This document shows, in pieces, positions 55,448 to 64,000 of a stretch of 64,000 bases of DNA. Source of the stretch: Fidelibacterota bacterium (GTDB lineage: Bacteria > Fidelibacterota > UBA8477 > JABMPR01); NCBI GenBank assembly GCA_018650445.1, contig JABIFX010000081.1, positions 23,407 to 87,406 on the forward strand, written 5' to 3'. A model generated the notes under the pieces. The model did not search any database and was not told where the DNA came from. It worked only from the letters and a program-made list of their open reading frames with translations. The stretch's first letter is position 1. Each line of letters starts with the position of its first letter. Position numbers and translations under genes: made by a program.

Positions 55448-56284
55448 TCAGTGAAGTTTGTGGCCGATGGTTTCCACAAGAAGTTTTGCATTGTCAGTCA
55501 TGATACCCTTGATCATGGGATCCACGGCAAAGGTTTTCATTTTCTCCTCATCATTCACTACCCAGACGTGCATGGGAATATTTTTCACTCTGGACCAGAA
55601 TTTGACACCCCAGTTCATATTTTCCTCACAGGGGTGAAAGAGATCGGGGTGGGCAAGATGGACACCCAAAGGGTGTCTCAGAGATAGAATACTGGGGTTG
55701 AACCAGAGTAATGCTGTAAAAATTCTGGGATCAGATATCTTTACCCGCCAAATGCTTAAAGGGTTGAAGGATGAAAGGATGACACGGTCACGCATCTTAT
55801 TTTCACGGATAAATCTGACCAACTCCAGCTCTGTGTGCTGTACAGAAAAGAAGGAAAAATTCTTGATCTCAAAATTGAATATGGTGGTATCTGGCAGGGC
55901 ATCAACGACCTCTTGCAGCGTTGGTATCTGTTCCTGTCTCCCCTCCCATTCAGTAGCCGCATTAAGGGCTTTAAGCTCAGTCAGCGTATGCTCTGCAACC
56001 CGACCGGTTCCATTGCTGGTTCTCTCCAGTGTGTCATCATGAAAAACCACGAAATGACCATCTCGCGATCGGTGAACATCTAATTCGATGGCATTACACC
56101 CATCTGTAATCGCTCTCTGGAAAGAAGCAATGGTGTTCTCAGGTTCATGTAGAGGAGATCCACGATGGCCAAATAGCAGGTAAGGCTGATGCTTGTACAG
56201 AATTGAGGTATCCAGGGGTTTCCATATAAAGGAGTGGTAAAGTACAATGGCCAGAACCAGGGCTGAGAGCAAATAGATAATCAT
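55448..56284 (-). CDS. Glycerophosphodiester phosphodiesterase family protein
   Basis: GHRGSPLHEPENTIASFQRAI...IELDVHRSRDGHFVVFHDDTLERTSNGTG. Confidence 0.85.
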   Translation of the reverse strand: MIIYLLSALVLAIVLYHSFIWKPLDTSILYKHQPYLLFGHRGSPLHEPENTIASFQRAITDGCNAIELDVHRSRDGHFVVFHDDTLERTSNGTGRVAEHTLTELKALNAATEWEGRQEQIPTLQEVVDALPDTTIFNFEIKNFSFFSVQHTELELVRFIRENKMRDRVILSSFNPLSIWRVKISDPRIFTALLWFNPSILSLRHPLGVHLAHPDLFHPCEENMNWGVKFWSRVKNIPMHVWVVNDEEKMKTFAVDPMIKGIMTDNAKLLVETIGHKLH

Positions 56285-56390
56285 GAGAGCAAAATACTGC
56301 GGATTTTATACATCACAAGATCAGGAACAATACGAGGATTATTTTATTCCAGGCGGAGAGTTTTAGTCCCCGCCTGGTGGTCAATCAAAT

Positions 56391-58850
56391 CTATGGTACC
56401 ATCATTAATTTCTTATAACCTGCATTTTGGACTGTTTCCTCATTGATGGGAAACACCCTGTACTGACCTTTATTATACATCTCGGCTTGATCGGCATAAT
56501 GGGGTGAGTTTGGGTTACCTGATTGTCCCGTGGGTAAGACGCTGAGGCCACCCTTATCAAAATCTGCGAAATCATAGATATGACGAACTGATGGTCCCAG
56601 GACAACATCATATGGGTTATACATACGATATTCCATATTGTTGACTGTGGTACCAGAGCCGGCTGCAGGAAAGGGACCCACATTCAAATTGAACAGCCAG
56701 TCCAGCAGCTTTCCTATTACCTGCTTCACCATTTTCTTGTCAGGTGAAACTGACGCCATGGGATGCTTGTGAGTGAGGGTGTGCATCTCAGACCACTTCC
56801 AATCCTCAGTATTCGGGCCAAAGCGCTCCTCTAGATGTGTGACCGCTTCTGCAACTGATCGCTCCAGGATATCTATTGGACCCTCAACAATATTCTCAGT
56901 TGATACATCATCAAACCAGGTTGAAGTGGGGATTTCCTCCAGGAGATAAATCGCATTACGGATGGCGATACTAGCCAGCTTGAAGAAACCATCCTTGAAC
57001 TCAGGTCCAATCAGATCCATTTCATCACCATAGAGGTTGTAGGCAAATTTCACCCAGAGCACATTAAAGAAGGCAGCCTGGAGTGAGCTCTTTTCCATGA
57101 TATAATCCCAATTTTTCAGTGCATCAACAGCTGCTGTGGCATTGGGATTGGCGAATTTACTTTCACTAAGCAGATCCAAAAACAGTGGGGTCAAATCCCG
57201 GGCATGATCTGACAGGAAATCATTCTGAATATCCTGCATATCCTGGATATTGTACTTCTTGTCTGCAACACTCAGCATCTCATTGATGCGGTTTGCGCGG
57301 GCAGGTGGCTCCCAGTAGGCACTGATGTAATAAGGAAATTCATCACCAATGGTTTTATTGTTGGCTGTGGCGATATAACCCTGCTCAGGGTTGTATTGGT
57401 ATGGCATTTCCTCAAAAGGTACAAATCCTTGCCAGTCCCATTGAGGATCATCCCCAGGCAGAGGAACCAGTCCAGTTCCAGGGGCTCTAAGTGGTAGTGC
57501 CACTGCAGGTCGCCAGCCAATATTACCTTCCAGATCAGCATAAATCATATTTTGACCAGGAATCCAGAATTTCTCCACAGCATTTGAAAATTCATCCCAG
57601 TTACTGGCGGTATTCAGTCCGATAAAGGCATCGACCTCATTGGTTAAATAATTCCCCACCCAGGACATGGATACCGGTGCTGATTCATTGGCCTTTAAAA
57701 CCTTATGGACGTCATTTATGATGGGTCCGTGGAGGGTTTCCCTGACGATATGGACAACCGGCTCTTCCCCTTTCACATTGATGATTTCTTCATGGATAAT
57801 CATGTCTCGCCATTCACCGTCGTAAAAATATTGATTGGGATGGGCATCATCGGTGACTTCAACATAGAAGTCGGTATCATCCACCATGACGTTGGTAAAA
57901 CCCCAGGCATAGTGCTGGTTCTGGCCCAGAATAACAACGGGAACTCCGGCCAGGGTGACCCCAGCTACATCGAAGCGTCCACCTACCAGATGCATCTCAA
58001 ACCAAACTGGAGGCTGAGAGTAGGCAAGATGGGGATCATTGGCCAGGATGGGTTGGCCACTTTCTGTCATATCCCCACCCAGAACCCAGCTATTACTTCC
58101 AATATGTGACCCCGTGGCTCCAGTAATTTCTCGGATCCTTTTTTCACTGCGGAACATGGATTCGGCAACATCACTAAAATTTTTGGGTGTTTGGGGAACT
58201 ATATAAGGTTTGGTATCCGGATAGACCGGGTAGAGTTCACGAGCCAGTTCATCCCCTAACTTGTCAAGGACGCCTCCAAATATGACTTCCGGCATCCAGG
58301 CCAGACAGAGATCATGACCCATGAGACGGGCGTATCCAACAACGTGTTCCAGGGTCCAACGGATGGGTTTATGACCTGCAATTTTAAATTCTACAGGGAG
58401 ATCATCCTCGTGTTCATCGATATAGGCATTGATCCCTTCCAGTCCCCTCTCAATGATGTTGCGCGTCTCTGCGGACATGTTTTTAATTCCGTTTTTGGCA
58501 ATGCGATGGAAGCCCCAAACCCGCAGATACTTATCATCATCGATGAGATCTGGTCCAAAGGCCTCAGAGAGACGACCTTCCACAGCGCGGGCGATAACGT
58601 CCATTTTATAGAGCCTTTCAGAAGCCTGGATATAACCGGCTGCAAAAAAGAGATCTTCTTCATTCTCCGCATAGACGTGAGGGACGCCATATTCATCGGT
58701 ATATACCGTGACGGGAGCAGACAGTTGAGGCAGGCTTAATTCACCCTCGTTGACCGCCAGAGGTCCCTTCAAATATGAAAATTTTAACCACGCAAATACA
58801 GCCAGCAGCAATACAACGATGATAACCAGCGCTATCCATAGCTTTTTCAT
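56391..58850 (-). CDS. Penicillin acylase family (Ntn-hydrolase S45) protein
   Basis: GATGSHIGSNSWVLGG contains the beta-chain N-terminal Ser nucleophile context (SNxW). The 819-aa size and signal anchor also fit. Confidence 0.85.
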   Translation of the reverse strand: MKKLWIALVIIVVLLLAVFAWLKFSYLKGPLAVNEGELSLPQLSAPVTVYTDEYGVPHVYAENEEDLFFAAGYIQASERLYKMDVIARAVEGRLSEAFGPDLIDDDKYLRVWGFHRIAKNGIKNMSAETRNIIERGLEGINAYIDEHEDDLPVEFKIAGHKPIRWTLEHVVGYARLMGHDLCLAWMPEVIFGGVLDKLGDELARELYPVYPDTKPYIVPQTPKNFSDVAESMFRSEKRIREITGATGSHIGSNSWVLGGDMTESGQPILANDPHLAYSQPPVWFEMHLVGGRFDVAGVTLAGVPVVILGQNQHYAWGFTNVMVDDTDFYVEVTDDAHPNQYFYDGEWRDMIIHEEIINVKGEEPVVHIVRETLHGPIINDVHKVLKANESAPVSMSWVGNYLTNEVDAFIGLNTASNWDEFSNAVEKFWIPGQNMIYADLEGNIGWRPAVALPLRAPGTGLVPLPGDDPQWDWQGFVPFEEMPYQYNPEQGYIATANNKTIGDEFPYYISAYWEPPARANRINEMLSVADKKYNIQDMQDIQNDFLSDHARDLTPLFLDLLSESKFANPNATAAVDALKNWDYIMEKSSLQAAFFNVLWVKFAYNLYGDEMDLIGPEFKDGFFKLASIAIRNAIYLLEEIPTSTWFDDVSTENIVEGPIDILERSVAEAVTHLEERFGPNTEDWKWSEMHTLTHKHPMASVSPDKKMVKQVIGKLLDWLFNLNVGPFPAAGSGTTVNNMEYRMYNPYDVVLGPSVRHIYDFADFDKGGLSVLPTGQSGNPNSPHYADQAEMYNKGQYRVFPINEETVQNAGYKKLMMVP

Positions 58851-59013
58851 GTCCCGATCTCCTGAATTTGTTATGCTCGAAATTTACGTTTTCCAGAAGG
58901 ATTATCCATGACAAATCAATGTGGAATTTTGAGAATAATATTTGAAGATTGAAACCTGGCGTGGTGGATCAAATTTCCGGTTACAGGCAGTGAAGTTGTA
59001 AGCTATGTCACCA

Positions 59014-59499
59014 TCAGGTATTTTGCTTTTGCCGGCGAACAGTACCACCTACCACCAATGCAGCGGATATTATCATCAGGTTTTTGATGATATACTGTCC
59101 CTCCATGGTAGGTCCGTATGGAAAATAACCGGCCTGAAAAGTAATTTCTGGAAGCATAACCAGAGGCAAGAAGGTCCCCACCATCTGGAGAGCAAGTAGA
59201 CCAATGGCAATGCGTATGGTTTGCTTAAAAAGAAAGGCCACACCAATCAATACCTCCCACCAACCAATGATGGCGACCCAGGTCTCTCCTTCGAAAACAG
59301 GTAGCCAGGGGACAGTGGCGAGCACCAATGGCTCAGCTGAGGAAATACCAAAGGGTTTTAGAATACCAAACCAGATAAAAATGATTCCAAATGAAATGCG
59401 AACTGCTAATATACCCCAGTGTTCCATAAAGGTTGAAATCTTGCTGTCAATTTCATCAAAAGTCATTTTTTTGTCCTTTGGAGATTGCGATCCTCTCAC
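59014..59499 (-). CDS. DUF417/YkgB-like membrane protein
   Basis: AVRISFGIIFIWFGILKPF, GWWEVLIGVAFLF and GQYIIKNLMIISAALVV parallel E. coli YkgB blocks as I recall them. Confidence 0.55.
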   Translation of the reverse strand: MRGSQSPKDKKMTFDEIDSKISTFMEHWGILAVRISFGIIFIWFGILKPFGISSAEPLVLATVPWLPVFEGETWVAIIGWWEVLIGVAFLFKQTIRIAIGLLALQMVGTFLPLVMLPEITFQAGYFPYGPTMEGQYIIKNLMIISAALVVGGTVRRQKQNT

Positions 59500-59529
59500 T
59501 TCTAATAATGATTTACTTCAGTTTAAAAA

Positions 59530-59856
59530 CTACTCGTCCGTTTTAATTGAGATGTATTTAACAATTTCGTTTTCAAGCCCATGATAATCGTTGGACGATT
59601 CATACCCCTTCAAGCCGTTTAGTGTCTCAAAATACAAGGTGTGAGGCGAGCTATCCCTTATTTCAAAATCTAATAAAATGTCCTTTACATCACCATTCAA
59701 TGGATAATGAAATGACAACTGAAATGTCATCACATTTCCATCTGTAATTGAAAAATTTACGGGCCTAATTTTGTCAGATGGGATCTTAAATTTTTGCTCT
59801 ATTGTTAACTGAATGCTCTTCAAAACCGGAGCGTGAAAAACCAATATTTTTTCCAT
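59530..59856 (-). CDS. Hypothetical protein
   Basis: 108-aa ORF in a tight same-strand array. No recognisable motif. Confidence 0.4.
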   Translation of the reverse strand: MEKILVFHAPVLKSIQLTIEQKFKIPSDKIRPVNFSITDGNVMTFQLSFHYPLNGDVKDILLDFEIRDSSPHTLYFETLNGLKGYESSNDYHGLENEIVKYISIKTDE

Positions 59857-59896
59857 AATATGTACCTCGCTTATTAGATAAATTTCCTCAGGTGCA

Positions 59897-60634
59897 TCAC
59901 CAGGCGTAGCTCATCCCCACACTTAATGCTTCTTCTCCAAGACCCGCCCACTCGACAAACACACCGGTCTGGCCAAATTGAACGGCTGTTCCCAGTGCAA
60001 ATTGGTAGTGATGAATATCTGTACCGATAACATCTTTTCCCTCAAGCTCCCAGCTTACGGGTCCACCAAAAACTCGGGCTGTAAGATAAGGGAATATTGC
60101 ATCATTTATTATCCAACTCGCTCGCCCCCCCAAGCGTAGATCTGAAGAGAAATAGGTTGATTTTTGCTGGGTGGTAGGGTTCTCAATTTTGGCCGAGGAA
60201 GCGCTTATAAAGACTGAAAAATCGATATAAGGCATATAGTCCTCGCCTTGCTGCCACAGATACTCAATTCCCGCTGCCAGTAAACCACCAGATTGTACAG
60301 TTTGAGTTGTTTGCCCTGGGGGTGTTAATTTTCCATCGCGGATTAAACCTACCCCTCCACGAAGGGACCATTTATCGTCGAGTTTCCAGGAGCCGGAAAG
60401 GGAAAGGGAATTCATCTCAATCTCAACCTCATCACTTCCATCAAAACGGAGTGTTGAGTGGAGTGAACCCAAGCCAATGCCCAGTGTTAATGGACTGCTC
60501 TGAAGCTGCCCATCATGATTGCCTGAATCACTGCATTGTGGAGGCGGACCGCCTGGTAAGGGAACACCTCAGCCATATGCCTTTGGGACAGAGATCATCA
60601 AAAGACAAAGCAATAAATGTGATAATTTTTCCAT
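59897..60634 (-). pseudogene. Small outer-membrane beta-barrel protein gene with an in-frame TGA directly after the signal peptide
   Basis: My translation gives MEKLSHLLLCLLMISVPKAYG-TGA-GVPLPGGPPPQCSDSGNHDGQLQSSPLTLGIGLGSLHSTLRFDG...GMSYAW*. The TGA is at plus 60569-60571, in the same frame as ORF 59897..60472. The ending is aromatic, as in beta-barrel proteins. Confidence 0.6.
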
Positions 60635-60789
60635 CAGAACCCTTTTCAACTATTTCACACATGTATCTGATTTAAGCCCAGGGCTAAACCTTTCACCCCG
60701 ATAATGTTTTAAGCATTACATGAAGGTAGTGTGACTGTCTGCTCAATCAAGGAATATGCAACGGGTAGAAAGGTTGGAAGCGGGCTCTC

Positions 60790-62190
60790 TTAATCCAGGA
60801 AGGTGTCTTTGATTTTGAAAAAGTATTCCCGAGCAGCTTCATACTCGTTGGGAATCACACCATCCAGAATGGCTTCCTCAATAGTTTTTTTGATTCGACC
60901 AATCACCGGTCCAGGTGGGACACCCAGTAGTTCAATGATCTCATCTCCGCGTAGGGGTGATTGGAAGGCGCGCATGGCATCTTTTTCTACTACCTCCACA
61001 ATGCGATTCATGACACGATCAAAGTTGCCATAATATCGTTTGACGCGTCGGGAATCCTTTGATGTCACATCGGCTCGGACCAGAATCATCAGGTCATCCA
61101 GATTTTCCCCAGACTCAACAATAAGTCTTCTAATACCGGAGTCGCTGACTGCTTCCTGGGCCAGGGCAATGGGACGGAGATGAAGGCGGGTCATCCGTTT
61201 GAGGTAAGCGGTAAGTTTACGGGAGAGCCGCATACGTTTGCCAACTTCATTGAGCATTTTACGTCCCAGTTCTTCATGTCCGTGATAACTCCAGCCCGTA
61301 CCTTCAATAAATTTTTTGGTGGCCGGCTTACCAATATCATGGACCAGAGCAGCAAAACGTAGTCGCATTTTATCGCTGCGCTCAGCGGTATTATCAACCA
61401 CCTTGAGGGTGTGGTGAAACACATCTTTATGACGCTGACCATCACGGTCCTCTACCCCACCGAGAATGGCAATTTCGGGGAAAACCAGGGGTAAAAGTCC
61501 AGCCTTCTGCATCACATAAAAGCCAATGGAGGGCACCCGAGCTTTCAGGGTTTTGATAATTTCATCGGTAACCCGTTCCTGAGAGACAATACTAATCCGG
61601 TCTACTCTGCCCTGCATGGCCTGCATGGCTTCGGGAACCAGTTTGAATTCTAACTGAGCCGAAAATCTGGCGGCCCGCATCATGCGCAGGGGGTCATCAT
61701 CAAAAGTTTTTACTGGATCAAGGGGTGTCCGTAAAATTTTATCCTGGATATCCTGAATACCACCGTATTCATCCACCAATTCTCCGAAGTGCTCCGGCAG
61801 AAGATTAATGGCCATGGCATTCACCGTAAAATCGCGGCGACTGAGATCCCCTTTTAGATCCGTATAGACAACCTTGGGTTTGCGGGAGTCGGATTCATAG
61901 GTTTCAGTACGAGCGGAGGCCACCTCAATAAGAAATTCACCATATGGGATCAATGCGGTGCCAAACTCGCCATACTCTACAATATCCGGGACGCCAAGCT
62001 CCTGCCCCAGTTTCCTGGCAAATTCCAGCCCATCCCCGATGACCATGATATCCACATCTTTACTGGGAACATCCAGGATAAGATCACGGACAAAACCGCC
62101 TACCGTGTAGCATTCAATATTTGCAGCCTCAGCCAGCCGACCGGCTCGCTCCAGGACCGAGCGAATATTTTTTGGAATTCGACTAATCAT
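60790..62190 (-). CDS. tRNA nucleotidyltransferase / poly(A) polymerase family protein with HD domain (CCA-adding-type)
   Basis: GGFVRDLILDVPSKDVDIMV head domain, RDFTVNAMA, and HD region HTLKV...ALVHDIGKP. Confidence 0.85.
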   Translation of the reverse strand: MISRIPKNIRSVLERAGRLAEAANIECYTVGGFVRDLILDVPSKDVDIMVIGDGLEFARKLGQELGVPDIVEYGEFGTALIPYGEFLIEVASARTETYESDSRKPKVVYTDLKGDLSRRDFTVNAMAINLLPEHFGELVDEYGGIQDIQDKILRTPLDPVKTFDDDPLRMMRAARFSAQLEFKLVPEAMQAMQGRVDRISIVSQERVTDEIIKTLKARVPSIGFYVMQKAGLLPLVFPEIAILGGVEDRDGQRHKDVFHHTLKVVDNTAERSDKMRLRFAALVHDIGKPATKKFIEGTGWSYHGHEELGRKMLNEVGKRMRLSRKLTAYLKRMTRLHLRPIALAQEAVSDSGIRRLIVESGENLDDLMILVRADVTSKDSRRVKRYYGNFDRVMNRIVEVVEKDAMRAFQSPLRGDEIIELLGVPPGPVIGRIKKTIEEAILDGVIPNEYEAAREYFFKIKDTFLD

Positions 62191-62241
62191 ACGGGATGAA
62201 GATAATCTGAAATTGACCGCGGTGAAGGGAATTGAGTTGGG

Positions 62242-63525
62242 ATGTTGAAGGTAGATATAGGAGGTATAAGAGGTGGTTCAGAAAATATTTTGCAGGGGCA
62301 GAGCTTAGACTACTTTGTGGCCATGAGATTTGTCCGATCTTCAAATCAATCAAAGTTCACTATTTTACTGCTTTCCCTGGTGATGAGTCTAAGTAATTGC
62401 ACCTTGATGTTCCCAGTAATGGCTCCCTTTTCCGATCTACCTGAACCTACGGGTCCCTATTCAGTAGCCACCCACAGCTCGACCTGGACAGACAGCTCTC
62501 GTGATGAAACTTTCACTGAAGAAAATGATTTTCGTCGGCTTGTGGTCCAAACATGGTTTCCCATTGAAAAACAAGCTGACTTACCTACTCTGCCTTACAT
62601 TGATAATCCTGAATTGAGACTACCAGCCCTGGCCGAGCAATTGCGTCTTCCTCTCTCGCTCATCAGTCATTTTGGCGAGGTTAAAACTCATTCTACAGCC
62701 TTGCCCGGGGACCATAAGTTAGAGCAGAAATTTCCAGTCATACTTTTTTCACATGGATTGAGTGGAATGCGTTTTCAAAACACAGCACTAATAGAAGAAT
62801 TGGTCAGCTATGGATATGTGGTCTTTGCTGCTGACCATAGCTATGGAGCCAATATCACCATCTTTGATGATGGGGAAACCGCGGAATATCGAGCGGGAAA
62901 AAGAAGAGCCCTGAATGCGGCTTTTTTAAACACCATAGATCTCTCTCAAATCGATATTCTTGTTAGAGATCTCAGCTACATCATCGATGTGATTAAAGCA
63001 AGTCGTTCGGATTCATTCTTGGGTGGACTCCCTATGGATAAAAATCGAATCGGGGTGATGGGTCACTCGCTGGGTGGAGCTGTCGCCATCAGCTCCATGG
63101 CTGCGGATTCTCGTGTTGGAGTCGCCATGGTTTTGGATGGATGGTATGCGCCGATTCCTGATTCAGTGATAACCATGGGAATCAATAGACCCATCTTCCA
63201 TCTCGGGCAAAAACAATGGTCTGACCCCGGAAACTATGAGCGTATGGATGAGATGTTGTCGCACAGCAGTGGGCCAACTTATAAAATGCTCGTTCCAGGG
63301 ACATTGCACACCGACTTTACTGACATGCCCCTCTTCACACGATTCTCTCTTTTTATCGGATATACCAGAGTACAGAATCCCATCTGGCTCAATGATTTGA
63401 TACGGGTCAATACCCGAGGCTTTTTTGATGTTTATCTCAAGGATTATCCTGAAACTGAAATGAAGGAATTGATCCTCAGCCAAAGAGATGTCTCGAGCTA
63501 TATTTTTACACCGCACTTGCCCTAA
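62242..63525 (+). CDS. Alpha/beta hydrolase, PAF-acetylhydrolase-like lipase
   Basis: FPVILFSHGLSGMRFQNTALIEELVSYGYVVFAADH and nucleophile elbow VMGHSLGG. The likely real start is the internal MRFVRS... with lipobox LSNC. Confidence 0.7.
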   Translation: MLKVDIGGIRGGSENILQGQSLDYFVAMRFVRSSNQSKFTILLLSLVMSLSNCTLMFPVMAPFSDLPEPTGPYSVATHSSTWTDSSRDETFTEENDFRRLVVQTWFPIEKQADLPTLPYIDNPELRLPALAEQLRLPLSLISHFGEVKTHSTALPGDHKLEQKFPVILFSHGLSGMRFQNTALIEELVSYGYVVFAADHSYGANITIFDDGETAEYRAGKRRALNAAFLNTIDLSQIDILVRDLSYIIDVIKASRSDSFLGGLPMDKNRIGVMGHSLGGAVAISSMAADSRVGVAMVLDGWYAPIPDSVITMGINRPIFHLGQKQWSDPGNYERMDEMLSHSSGPTYKMLVPGTLHTDFTDMPLFTRFSLFIGYTRVQNPIWLNDLIRVNTRGFFDVYLKDYPETEMKELILSQRDVSSYIFTPHLP

Positions 63526-63767
63526 TCGCTTACCTTCACTTCTCCAAATATTTGGGTTCCACGTGTCCTTTTTTTTTGAAATGCTATTCTTTAGCATTCT
63601 TTAATCATGACATATATTGGCTTTAATTCTGTTTGCCAGCTTACAATTATGCTATATTTGGGCTAATCCAAAAAGTGGGGGGCGGAAGCCGTTGCTTGTG
63701 TGCCAAATCACAGAAACTCCCTTTCAAAACCTTAATTTCGGTTGTCACTAACATATATGGAGGATGA

Positions 63768-64000
63768 ATGATGAGTATCTTCAAGTTAAAAGGGATTCCC
63801 TGGCTACTTATTCTGAGTATCATGATAATGGCTATACCCATGTCGATTCAGGCAGATGGGTCAACATCAGCCACAAATATCGAACAGATCAAACAATTGA
63901 GACAAGTGCAAAATCAGAGCACTATACTTAAAAATTTAAAAGCTAACGCAGTATCTGTAAAGGCAACGCCCGAGCAGGAACGTATGCTGCGTTTGAGCAA
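63768..64000 (+). CDS. Partial CDS (5' end) for a secreted hypothetical protein, runs off the window
   Basis: GGAGGA RBS, then ATGATG. MMSIFKLKGIPWLLILSIMIMAIPMSIQA/DGSTSATNIEQIKQLRQVQNQ... has a clear signal peptide and stays open to the window end. Confidence 0.5.
   Translation, partial: MMSIFKLKGIPWLLILSIMIMAIPMSIQADGSTSATNIEQIKQLRQVQNQSTILKNLKANAVSVKATPEQERMLRLS

Noticed and set aside
60569-60571. The in-frame TGA might encode selenocysteine.
   Set aside because: The downstream hairpin has only 4-5 bp. The codon lies at a signal-peptide junction with no redox-motif context, and no sel genes are in the window. I kept it as a check, not a claim.
63647-63841. Track ORF 63647..63841 (-).
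   Set aside because: It is antisense to a better plus-strand frame that has an RBS and a clear signal peptide (63768 onward).
1-64000. An alternative genetic code (TGA or TAA as sense) might explain the in-frame stops.
   Set aside because: Dozens of genes end at TGA, TAA or TAG at family-typical C-termini under code 11. Examples are the NUDIX and Hpt genes, which stop at TGA and couple to downstream starts. The two in-frame stops are isolated.

Overview
Bacterial chromosomal window with about 55 credible genes, all but five on the minus strand. The source looks like an FCB-superphylum organism. That is an inference from four proteins ending in the PNPFNP-type T9SS C-terminal sorting domain and a CarboxypepD_reg TonB-dependent receptor. 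No taxon can be assigned from this sequence alone.

Gene blocks:
- 0.4-9.2 kb: secreted and outer-membrane proteins, plus an Hpt/receiver pair.
- 9.4-11.7 kb: an orphan DUF5706/PycTM membrane protein, a 680-nt non-coding leader, and a TadG/PilX-like protein.
- 11.9-19.0 kb: one operon of HlyD adaptor, MacB-type ATPase, two FtsX permeases, an NtrC-type sigma54 activator and a histidine kinase.
- 19.4-33.4 kb: a T9SS cargo island. It holds a LamG protein, a 1502-aa C25 gingipain-like protein with a C-terminal dockerin, an Ig/PKD protein with a native His8 tract, and a beta-helix protein. An AT-rich Stealth plus ATP-grasp gene pair interrupts it.
- 33.7-34.9 kb: a decayed integrative-element junction at a tRNA-Met(CAT) gene.
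- 35.3-41.5 kb: housekeeping genes dnaG, a DUF559 gene, mutS2, cvpA and yqeY.
- 41.6-48.3 kb: a group 3b NiFe sulfhydrogenase operon (hydBGDA), its maturation protease, a receiver, a kinase and an ACT protein.
- 48.6-64 kb: mixed metabolism, a TonB-receptor cluster, a penicillin-acylase family protein, a CCA-adding-type enzyme and a PAF-acetylhydrolase-like lipase.

Most interesting observations:
- A 273-nt G+C-rich, strongly structured element lies between the recombinase remnant and tRNA-Met. It is an internal tandem duplication whose ends pair, and I cannot assign it to any RNA family.
- A 49-bp inverted repeat (43/49 identical) brackets a 3.6-kb two-gene cargo segment and abuts the recombinase remnant.
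- A near-consensus sigma54 -24/-12 promoter precedes the hydrogenase operon, which encodes no activator of its own.
- The C25 protease homologue has Phe where the catalytic His is expected.
- Three unrelated genes are each broken by a single lesion: a frameshift, a TAA and a TGA.

No CRISPR array, rRNA gene, intact transposase or complete known defence system was seen.
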